From contig CP060223.1 in NCBI GenBank assembly GCA_023898465.1, forward strand, positions 288,001-352,000: DNA of 64,000 nt. Reading direction: 5' to 3'. Positions within the stretch are counted from its first letter, which is position 1. Each line of letters opens with the position of its first letter. The position numbers and the translations under genes are program-made. Below, one piece after another: positions 1 to 7,666 of this stretch. The notes beneath the pieces are model-generated. The model was not told the origin of the DNA. It searched no databases and saw only the letters and a list, made by a program, of their open reading frames with translations. The stretch comes from Candidatus Nomurabacteria bacterium. Lineage in GTDB: Bacteria > Patescibacteriota > Patescibacteriia > HK-STAS-PATE-3.

Positions 1-893
1 GCGCTCGTGACTTCCTGGTGCCGTCGCGATTACAAGCTGGTAAATTTTTTGCCCTACCGCAGTCTCCTCAACAGTATAAGCAGCTTTTGATGGTAGCCGG
101 CTTTGAGCGCTATTTCCAAATCGCTCCATGCTTCCGCGATGAAGATGCTCGAGTCGATCGAGCGCCGGGCGACTTTTATCAAATTGATATGGAGTTGTCG
201 TTTGTGACCCAGGATGAAATCCTTCGCTTGACTGAGGAAATGTTCACCAAGCTAATCGCTGAAGTATTTCCAGAAAAGAAAATCCTGCAATCGCCCTGGC
301 CGCGGCTCACACACGCTGAGGTGATGGAGAAATACGGCACGGACAAACCTGATTTGCGTAAGAATAAAGACGACGATAATGAGCTGGCTTTTGCCTGGGT
401 GCTTGATTTCCCGCTTTTTGTCACGCAGTCTGAGGAAGATTTCTTTCACGGTTCTGGGAAATCTCGTTACGCGCCTTCGCACCACATGTTCACCGCGCCC
501 AAGGAAGAGGATATTCCTATGCTCGACAGCGATCCTGGCAAAGTGCGCTCATACCAGCATGATTTAGTGCTGAATGGCTTTGAAGTCGGTGGGGGAAGTA
601 TGCGTATTCATCAACCAGAGATTCAGGAAAAAGTGTTTGACATCATTGGTTTTACCAAGGAGCAAAAAAAAGAATTCCGTCACTTACTCACTGCGTTTAA
701 ATACGGCGTGCCTCCGCACGGTGGTATTGCTCCAGGCTTTGATCGCTTACTTTTCCGTTTATTGGGCGAGACAAGCATTCGGGAAATTATTCCTTTCCCG
801 CTCACGTCAGATGGCCGTGATCCAATGATGGGATCGCCTTCAAAAGTCGCTCCAAATCAACTTCGCGATTTACATATTCGTGTAGAGAAGTAA
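1..893 (+). CDS. aspS: aspartyl-tRNA synthetase, C-terminal part (5' end lies outside the window)
   Basis: Class II aaRS motifs match AspRS closely: FRDED motif 2, GGGSMRIH, HGGIAPGFDRL motif 3. The open frame runs to the window edge. Confidence 0.85.
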   Translation, partial: ARDFLVPSRLQAGKFFALPQSPQQYKQLLMVAGFERYFQIAPCFRDEDARVDRAPGDFYQIDMELSFVTQDEILRLTEEMFTKLIAEVFPEKKILQSPWPRLTHAEVMEKYGTDKPDLRKNKDDDNELAFAWVLDFPLFVTQSEEDFFHGSGKSRYAPSHHMFTAPKEEDIPMLDSDPGKVRSYQHDLVLNGFEVGGGSMRIHQPEIQEKVFDIIGFTKEQKKEFRHLLTAFKYGVPPHGGIAPGFDRLLFRLLGETSIREIIPFPLTSDGRDPMMGSPSKVAPNQLRDLHIRVEK

Positions 894-895
894 GT

Positions 896-1228
896 ATGGG
901 CCTCTCGCGCCTGCAGAAATATATCCTGAGGGAATTGGCGCAGACTCGACAAAAACAGGTGCCGAGCCAGCAGTTTCGTAAGTATTACACGAAGCAGTCA
1001 GCCAAGCCCAAGCAGAACGACATCGTTTCCATTGTCAGCACTTCCATTGAGCGTTTAATTGAGAGGGGGCTAGTCGTTGGCTACGGACGTCGCACCAAAG
1101 AGAAGTGGTTTATTGAAACGATTAGTCTGACTCCGAACGGTCGACATATCGCCAGAGCCTTACTCGGTCAACAACAGCGCTTGCCGCTCTTCCGCAGAAA
1201 AAAACATTCATCATCTTCCCATGCCTAA
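896..1228 (+). CDS. hypothetical small basic protein, possibly winged-helix
   Basis: 110-aa ORF tightly packed between aspS and the next gene. No motif recognised. Confidence 0.4.
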   Translation: MGLSRLQKYILRELAQTRQKQVPSQQFRKYYTKQSAKPKQNDIVSIVSTSIERLIERGLVVGYGRRTKEKWFIETISLTPNGRHIARALLGQQQRLPLFRRKKHSSSSHA

Positions 1229-1814
1229 AAAAACTCCAAAGATTCCTCCCAAAGTAGATCGTTACCTTAGCCAAGCTGAATATCGCTTCGAGGCTTTTGT
1301 ACACCGAACGGTTTTTACGGCCTATGATTTAGCGCAGACCCTGAAATTTCCTTTAGAGAAAATCGCGAAAGTATTGCTGGTGCGGGCTGATAAGGACTTC
1401 GCGCTTATTGTGGTGGCAGCTAAGCGACGCCTGGACATGGCCAAAATCAAGAAGGCGCTCAAAGTAAAAAGCGTGAAAATTGCCAGCGAGAAAGATATGG
1501 TGAAGTACTTTAAGGTAAAAGCCGGTGCGATGACTGCCTTTGCCAAACTGCACGGCATTACCATGGCGCTGGATCGCGGATTAGCCAAAGAGTCGCAGGT
1601 GCTTTTCCCCAGTGGTGATTTTCAAATCGCCTTGCGGCTTTCTCCTAAGCAAGTGGTGAAGAATGAAGAGGCTATCCTGGCTGATTTGAGCGTTGCCACT
1701 AATCTGAAACTGCAGACACCCAAAAAGCCTCAGAAGAAATCCCGCCCAAAGAAAAAGGCGCGTCCCAGCAAAAAGAAAGTTTCATCGCCTAAACGGAAGA
1801 AGGGGAAGCGCTAG
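1221..1814 (+). CDS. YbaK/ProX-like aminoacyl-tRNA deacylase with a Lys-rich C-terminal tail
   Basis: Sequence pattern resembles YbaK-family trans-editing domains. The last ~45 residues are polybasic (KKPQKKSRPKKKARPSKKK). Confidence 0.5.
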   Translation: MPKKTPKIPPKVDRYLSQAEYRFEAFVHRTVFTAYDLAQTLKFPLEKIAKVLLVRADKDFALIVVAAKRRLDMAKIKKALKVKSVKIASEKDMVKYFKVKAGAMTAFAKLHGITMALDRGLAKESQVLFPSGDFQIALRLSPKQVVKNEEAILADLSVATNLKLQTPKKPQKKSRPKKKARPSKKKVSSPKRKKGKR

Positions 1815-2533
1815 TGTATCAAATCAAGCTGCAGCAATTTGAAGGGCCGCTTGATCTGCTTTTGCGTTTGATTGAGCAGAATCAGCTGGATATTTCTCAA
1901 TTAGCCCTGGCGGAAGTCACCGAGCAGTTTATTGCAGAGATTGAAGCGGCTGAGTATATGAGTCCGGAGGAGCTGGCTGACTTCTTAGTCGTGGCTGCTA
2001 AACTGCTCTACATCAAGTCAAAAATACTCTTACCGCGTGATGAAGAGGATGAGGAAGAAGACCCGGGCATTTCCTTAGAGCAGCAGCTACGTCTTTACCG
2101 AGCCTACATTGATGCAGCCAAGCATATTGCCGAGCGCTGGCAAAAAGGCGATCGTATGTTTGTGCGCGAGCAGGCTAGTTTGCCTGAATCAATTTTCTTA
2201 CCACCACCGGGTGTGACACCAACCTTGCTCCAAGAGTTACTCTTGCACGTGATTGCCGGTATTGAGCCGATTGTGAATGTGAACGAAGGTGTGGTGCGCG
2301 CCACCGTAAACATCCGCGAAAAAATTACGCAAATTCGCGACATGCTGACTGCACAGCCCGACATTCGCTTCAATTCCTTGCTCGAAAAAATTACCACCAA
2401 GACTGAACTCGTTGTTACCTTCTTAGCCATGCTGGAGTTGGTCAAGCAGCGTTCAGTATTGCTGCACCAAGAAGATAATTTTTCCGACATTGTTATTTCC
2501 AGTTATAATGAAAGTCCTAACGAAAACGTATGA
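1814..2533 (+). CDS. scpA: segregation and condensation protein A
   Basis: N-terminal FEGPLDLLLRLI motif typical of ScpA. Followed directly by scpB. Confidence 0.8.
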   Translation: MYQIKLQQFEGPLDLLLRLIEQNQLDISQLALAEVTEQFIAEIEAAEYMSPEELADFLVVAAKLLYIKSKILLPRDEEDEEEDPGISLEQQLRLYRAYIDAAKHIAERWQKGDRMFVREQASLPESIFLPPPGVTPTLLQELLLHVIAGIEPIVNVNEGVVRATVNIREKITQIRDMLTAQPDIRFNSLLEKITTKTELVVTFLAMLELVKQRSVLLHQEDNFSDIVISSYNESPNENV

Positions 2534-3237
2534 CACTTGAAGCCCAAATCGAAGCATTACTTTTTGCCAGCGCCCGATCTATCAGCCTGAAAAAAATCAG
2601 CGAGCTTACGCAGCAAGACACTGAGAAGGTGCAAAGCGCGGTAGAGCAGCTTATTGAAAAATATCGCAGCGAAGAGCGAGGGATTCGACTTATTCGTCAG
2701 GCGCAATCCGTCCAAATGGCCACCAGCGCTGAGGCCAGCGACATTGTCACCGCTCTGGTAAAGGATGATCAGCGGGCTGAGCTGACCAAACCGGCCCTGG
2801 AAACACTCACCATCATTGCTTACCGTGGACCGATTACCAAGGCAGAGCTCGACACTATCCGTGGTGTGAACTGCAGTTTGATTCTCCGCAACCTGATGAT
2901 TAAGGGCTTGGTGGAAACAGCGGAACGCGGACAAAAAATAATGACGAGCTATCAAGTGACCAATGATTTTCTGAGCTTCCTTGGATTGGAAAATATTGAT
3001 CAACTGCCTGACTATGCTACCTTGCATAGTGAAGAGCACATGAATAAGCTCCTGGAAAACGACGCAAAAGCCGCTACAGAAGCAGAAAAGACTGCTGAGG
3101 AAGGCGAGGACAAGCCTCAGGAGCAGTCTGAAGAGCCGACTCAAGCTATAGAGGACGAGACAAGCTCCAGTGAACATGCTTCATCAGATGGAAACGATGA
3201 GGCGAGCGAAGGGGAACATGATCAAAACACCAACTGA
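2530..3237 (+). CDS. scpB: segregation and condensation protein B with an acidic C-terminal tail
   Basis: ALLFAS...ETLTIIAYRGPITKAELDTIRGV winged-helix motifs of ScpB. 4-bp overlap with scpA. Confidence 0.8.
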   Translation: MTLEAQIEALLFASARSISLKKISELTQQDTEKVQSAVEQLIEKYRSEERGIRLIRQAQSVQMATSAEASDIVTALVKDDQRAELTKPALETLTIIAYRGPITKAELDTIRGVNCSLILRNLMIKGLVETAERGQKIMTSYQVTNDFLSFLGLENIDQLPDYATLHSEEHMNKLLENDAKAATEAEKTAEEGEDKPQEQSEEPTQAIEDETSSSEHASSDGNDEASEGEHDQNTN

Positions 3238-4051
3238 ATTTACCAAGCGCAATGAGCCCTTCTTTGTGTTGGGCAATTGGAAAATGCATTTACGCGCCAG
3301 TGAGAGTGCGCGCATAGCCAAGGGTTTGGTGAGCACGGCCAAGCGCGTGCAGGGCAAGGTGACGACGGTGGTCTTCCCTAGCTTTCCCGCATTAGAGAAG
3401 GTCCACACCCAGGTAAAAAAGAGCGCGGTGCAGCTGGGAGCGCAAAATATGTCTTGGGAACTAGATGCCAGTGATACTGGTGAGGTTTCGGCTGAGCAGA
3501 TTAAGGAATTTGGTGCGTCCTGGGTTATTATTGGCCATTCTGAACGGCGCTTAAAACTGGCTGAGTCAGATGAAATGATAGAGCGTAAATTGGCTGCAGC
3601 GCTTTTGCGCGGGTTGCAGCCGGTCTTATGCGTGGGCGAGTCTGCACTTGAGCGTAACCAAGGCAGGGGATTATTGCATATCATGCATCAAGTTGAATCA
3701 GCCATGCGTTACGTGCAGCCGCAAAAAGATCAGGTGATTACCATTGCCTATGAGCCAATCTGGGCTATTTCACCTGGTAAACCCTGCGAGCCGGCTGATG
3801 CTGATGAAATGACGCAAAATATCCGACAAGTTCTCATTGACCGCTACGGGGTAAAACCAGCCTACCAACATTTCCGGATTCTCTATGGCGGGAGCGTCGA
3901 TGCCAACAATATTGCCTCGTATTTACGCTTAGATGAAGTTTCCGGCGTACTTGTCGGCAGCGCCTCGCTGAAAATTCCTTCATTTCGTGCTATGCTAGTG
4001 AAAGCTGCTCAGCTTCGGCAGTCGTTAGTAAAGAAGCGCACTCATTCCTAA
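3218..4051 (+). CDS. tpiA: triosephosphate isomerase
   Basis: GNWKMH, IIGHSERR, YEPIWAI, ILYGGSV motifs. Start placed at the internal ATG after the scpB stop. Confidence 0.85.
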   Translation: MIKTPTEFTKRNEPFFVLGNWKMHLRASESARIAKGLVSTAKRVQGKVTTVVFPSFPALEKVHTQVKKSAVQLGAQNMSWELDASDTGEVSAEQIKEFGASWVIIGHSERRLKLAESDEMIERKLAAALLRGLQPVLCVGESALERNQGRGLLHIMHQVESAMRYVQPQKDQVITIAYEPIWAISPGKPCEPADADEMTQNIRQVLIDRYGVKPAYQHFRILYGGSVDANNIASYLRLDEVSGVLVGSASLKIPSFRAMLVKAAQLRQSLVKKRTHS

Positions 4052-4064
4052 TACTCCCGTATCC

Positions 4065-5090
4065 ATGCCACGTAAGACTTCTGCAAAACGACGACTCGCC
4101 ATTAACGGATTTGGCCGAATTGGACGAGCTGCTTTTAAAATTGCTTTAGAAAGTAAAAAGTTTGATATTGTCGCGATTAACGACCTGACTGATACCGAAA
4201 GTCTGGCCATGCTCCTGAAGCATGATTCGGTGTATCGCAACTTCAATCACAAGGTTGGCTTTACCAAGGATTCCCTTATTGTGGATGGTAAAAAAATTCG
4301 CATTCTGGCTGAAAAAGATCCGGCTATGTTGCCTTGGAAGCGTCTGAAGATTGACGTGGTGCTCGAATGTACTGGCCGCTTTGTGAAGGATGGCGCTGCC
4401 CGGGCCCATATCAAAGCAGGTGCCAAAGCAGCTGTCGTTTCTGCGCCAACCAAGGGCGGAGACATCCCAACAGCCTTACTCGGTGTGCGTCAACCAAAGC
4501 CCGGCGAGCAGGTCGTTTCTAACGCTTCTTGCACTACGAATAACGTCGCACCGGTCACTCGAGTGATTATGGAGAATTTCGGCGTGTTGCGAGCAGCCAT
4601 GACCACGATTCACTCCTACACGGCTGAGCAAAACTTGGTTGACGGCCCACCGCCACCATTGCACCGCGATTTACGACGTATGCGAGCTGCTGCGGTTAAC
4701 CTCGTACCAACCACTTCTGGCGCGGCTATTGCCACGACCGAGGTGATTCCTGAGCTTAAGGGCTCCTTTGATGGTTTTGCTATTCGCGTGCCAACACCAG
4801 TGGTGTCCTTGTCTGACTTCACTTTCCTGGTAAAGAAAAAGACCACTATCGAAGAAGTAAACCGAGCCATGAAAAAGGCGGCTGAGGATCCTTCCTACAA
4901 AAATGTGCTGGCCGTAAATGAAGAACCACGCGTCTCTAGCGACTTTATTGGCGACCCACATTCTGCAATAGTTGACTTACCGCTCACGAATGTGATAGGT
5001 GGCGACCTTGTCAAAATCGTGGCTTGGTATGATAATGAATGGGGATATTCAACGCGGCTGGTAGAGATGGCACAGAAAGTGCATATCTAA
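4065..5090 (+). CDS. gap: glyceraldehyde-3-phosphate dehydrogenase
   Basis: INGFGRIGR Rossmann motif and SNASCTTN active-site Cys motif. Confidence 0.9.
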   Translation: MPRKTSAKRRLAINGFGRIGRAAFKIALESKKFDIVAINDLTDTESLAMLLKHDSVYRNFNHKVGFTKDSLIVDGKKIRILAEKDPAMLPWKRLKIDVVLECTGRFVKDGAARAHIKAGAKAAVVSAPTKGGDIPTALLGVRQPKPGEQVVSNASCTTNNVAPVTRVIMENFGVLRAAMTTIHSYTAEQNLVDGPPPPLHRDLRRMRAAAVNLVPTTSGAAIATTEVIPELKGSFDGFAIRVPTPVVSLSDFTFLVKKKTTIEEVNRAMKKAAEDPSYKNVLAVNEEPRVSSDFIGDPHSAIVDLPLTNVIGGDLVKIVAWYDNEWGYSTRLVEMAQKVHI

Positions 5091-5126
5091 AAGCACGCAA
5101 AAAACGAAAGGGGGTGTATTCCGTAC

Positions 5127-5312
5127 ATGTTACAGCTTAATTCATCAATGCTCGCCAGAGCCTTTCTCTGGTTCGGCCTCGTTTGTGGGTTGTTTGCCGT
5201 ATTAACCCAGCTGTCTGGTAAGACTTTCTTTGCCAGCTCGTTTTTCTATCTACAGGCCGGTATTTTAGGCGTCTTAGCCAGCATTGCCGTCCGAATGGAT
5301 AAGAATAAGTAG
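5127..5312 (+). CDS. small two-TM membrane protein (hypothetical)
   Basis: 61-aa ORF with two hydrophobic segments. Good RBS (AAGGGGGTG) 8 nt upstream. Confidence 0.35.
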   Translation: MLQLNSSMLARAFLWFGLVCGLFAVLTQLSGKTFFASSFFYLQAGILGVLASIAVRMDKNK

Positions 5313-5381
5313 TTTGAGCAGGGCCATAATGAAGGGCTTGGCGAATTGCGTAGTTTTTGTTACCCTACGCTGGTATTTCGG

Positions 5382-5456
5382 GGCCCTATCGTCTAGTGGC
5401 TAGGACGCATGGTTCTCATCCATGTAACAGGGGTTCGATTCCCCTTAGGGCTACCA
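5382..5456 (+). tRNA. tRNA-Glu (anticodon CTC), CCA encoded
   Basis: Cloverleaf folded by hand: acceptor GGCCCTA/TAGGGCT, D-arm GTCTAGTGGCTAGGAC (near-identical to E. coli tRNA-Glu), anticodon stem CATGG/CCATG with loop TTCTCAT, T-arm AGGGGTTCGATTCCCCT, discriminator A, CCA. Confidence 0.9.
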
Positions 5457-5612
5457 GCCCGCTTAGCGGGCTCTGCTGATAAGGATAGAAGAAAGTAAAA
5501 GTGGAATGTTTAGCATGTTGTTTTATAAGTTAAGGAATCGAACGGGCGAGGACGTCTGCCAGCGGCAGGCGACCGCAAGCCCCGGCCTGAAGTCCCGATA
5601 GGGACGGAATGG

Positions 5613-5634
5613 TCGATTCCCCTTAGGGCTACCA
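5613..5634 (+). repeat. 22-bp direct repeat identical to the tRNA-Glu 3' end (TCGATTCCCCTTAGGGCTACCA); att-like remnant
   Basis: Exact 22-nt match to 5435-5456, located 157 bp downstream of the complete tRNA. Confidence 0.8.
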
Positions 5635-5927
5635 CGGGCCATTGCGCCGTGCGGACTGCGTCCGACCAGGTCGGACTCCGCCCTTACGGCGCATGTCCCT
5701 TTCCCCATTGCAAACAGTCCCTCTCGGCAGCCTCGAGGTCCTTGGTTTGCAACGGGGGCCCCGATAAGAGTGCGGGCCCAAGTGCTCGGCATTACAAAGC
5801 GTCCCAGAAAAAATGCCAGACACAAGTCTTCGGCATTTAATGAGAAGAAGACGTAGGTCAACTTCAGAGTGAGTCACCACAAACATCGTCGCTGCGCTAG
5901 AGGCAGCATAATTCAGGAGGAAAAAAT

Positions 5928-6467
5928 ATGTCACGTAGCGTACTCATTTTCATCGTACTCCTCGTTATCCTCGCAGTAGGCGGTGGAATTGTTTGGTGGA
6001 TGGTCACCAACCCAAGCGAAAATAGCAACACAAATAATGCCGTTGTCGCGAATACCAACACTGAGGTGAATGCAAATGCTGCACCGAATATTGATGTACA
6101 GGCCGGTGCGGTGGATGTAGGACGAGAAGCCTTGCTGACCAGTGCGAACTTCCGCGCCAGCTCAGCTTCATTGCTCAGCGAATTTGACGGCCTAAGCGCC
6201 GCTGAAGATAAAAGCTACCTGGTTGTCTATTACATGTTGACGCCTTACGAAGGATCAAGCGAAAACGTGCCAAATCTGAACGATCAAAACGTTTCAGTCA
6301 GCAGCGGTGACACTTCCTATACACTGCAAGCAATTGGCACCACCCAGAGCGAAACTGATGGCGAAGAACTTGGCTATCTGCGTTTCGAAGTGCCTGTTGA
6401 CGCAAGCGGATTTGTCCTAACGATTTTAGACGGCGACATAGAGCAGACGATTGATCTGGGCTTTTAA
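5928..6467 (+). CDS. N-terminally membrane-anchored Asn/Thr-rich secreted protein (hypothetical)
   Basis: Single N-terminal TM helix then a low-complexity linker. AGGAGG RBS. Confidence 0.55.
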   Translation: MSRSVLIFIVLLVILAVGGGIVWWMVTNPSENSNTNNAVVANTNTEVNANAAPNIDVQAGAVDVGREALLTSANFRASSASLLSEFDGLSAAEDKSYLVVYYMLTPYEGSSENVPNLNDQNVSVSSGDTSYTLQAIGTTQSETDGEELGYLRFEVPVDASGFVLTILDGDIEQTIDLGF

Positions 6468-6520
6468 CCTATTGAGTGCCGGGTGAGTAACGGGGGATTG
6501 GCATTAGCGCAGGAGATGGC

Positions 6521-7633
6521 ATGAAGATTGGCATAGTTACGCAGAGCTTTTTCCCCATTCGCGGAGGTGTCGCAGAACACGTCTATCATACAGCGCATGC
6601 TTTAGAGCGGCGCGGACACGAGGTCGTTATTATTACGGCCAATTTTAGTCGTTTTGATGAGGATAGGGGATGTCGGGTCGAGCGCATCGGCCGCGATTTA
6701 ACCATTCCCTTTAATCAGGCTTTTGTAAACCTGACCATTAGCTGGAATATCCCGCAGGAGTTACGCCACCTAGAGCGCAAGTACGGCTTCGACGTGGTGC
6801 ATATTCACGGACCCTACGAACCATTTTTACCTGCCCTGGCGCTGAAGAATATCGAGTGCCCAAAGGTTGGCACTTTTCATGCCTTTAACGCGCATCCCTC
6901 GTTGGGCTATCGCGTGTTTGAAAATTACATCCGAACCTTTAAGGATCGTTTGTCAGCCCGCATCGCGGTTTCGCAAGCCGCTAAGGACTTTATCTCGCAT
7001 CATTTCCCGGATGATTATGAAATCATCCCAAACGGCGTGGATGTGCAGCGCTTTAGTCCGCAGGTCAAACCCTTCCCTTGGTATAACCCAGAGAAATTCA
7101 CCATCCTCTTTGTCGGTCGTATGGATCCGCGCAAAGGTTTGAAATATCTCTTACGCGCCTTCACCATGATCGCGTCCGAGTTCCCGCAGGCCGAGGTGGT
7201 GGTTGTCGGCAATGGTATATTGCGTCGCTATTACGAAACCTTTTTAGAGCCGAGCCTGAAAGATCGCGTGCGTTTCGAGGGCTTTGTCTCGGCTGCAGAT
7301 TTACCGCGCTACTATGCCTCCAGCGATGTGTATGTGTCGCCAGCCACCGGCAATGAGAGTTTCGGCATTGTCTTGCTCGAGGGTATGGCCAGCGGCAAGC
7401 CGGTGATTGCGTCGGATATTGACGGGTATCGGGATGTGATTCGCCATGGCCAGGATGGGATTTTGGTGCCAAAATCTGACCCAGCCGCCCTAGCCCAGGC
7501 TCTCCGCACCCTGGCCCGTGACCCGCAAGAAAGAGCAAAATACCAGCAGGCCGGCCGTCAGCGGGCTGAGGAATTCTCCTGGGAGTCTATTACTGACCGC
7601 TTGGAGGAGGTGTATAGGAGGGTGGTGTATTGA
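6521..7633 (+). CDS. GT4-family glycosyltransferase
   Basis: Glycos_transf_1-like C-terminus with EGMASGKPVIASDIDGYRDVI (E-x7-E) motif. Confidence 0.75.
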   Translation: MKIGIVTQSFFPIRGGVAEHVYHTAHALERRGHEVVIITANFSRFDEDRGCRVERIGRDLTIPFNQAFVNLTISWNIPQELRHLERKYGFDVVHIHGPYEPFLPALALKNIECPKVGTFHAFNAHPSLGYRVFENYIRTFKDRLSARIAVSQAAKDFISHHFPDDYEIIPNGVDVQRFSPQVKPFPWYNPEKFTILFVGRMDPRKGLKYLLRAFTMIASEFPQAEVVVVGNGILRRYYETFLEPSLKDRVRFEGFVSAADLPRYYASSDVYVSPATGNESFGIVLLEGMASGKPVIASDIDGYRDVIRHGQDGILVPKSDPAALAQALRTLARDPQERAKYQQAGRQRAEEFSWESITDRLEEVYRRVVY

Positions 7634-7666
7634 ACGTAGCAATGGAAGAATTATTAAAGTAAAAGA

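Noticed and set aside
2557-3684. Long antisense ORFs within scpB/tpiA (2557..3177 -, 3184..3684 -)
   Set aside because: They lie fully inside well-supported sense-strand genes and have no independent signals.
5457-5634. Possibility that the tRNA-like 3' fragment plus GC-rich region is a tmRNA (ssrA) or a second tRNA gene
   Set aside because: No matching 5' acceptor strand upstream, no tag-peptide reading frame ending in the usual ALAA-type tail, and the T-loop is one nucleotide short. A duplicated att-like fragment is the simpler reading.
5523-5934. Antisense and overlapping ORFs 5523..5861 (-), 5629..5934 (-), 5649..5840 (+) after tRNA-Glu
   Set aside because: They are composition-driven frames in a hairpin-dense GC-rich segment with no RBS or homology signal. 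The region is treated as noncoding or structured RNA.
7015-7538. Internal and antisense ORFs within the GT4 glycosyltransferase (6867..7142 +, 7161..7538 -)
   Set aside because: They overlap a gene with clear GT4 motifs and have no start-site signals.
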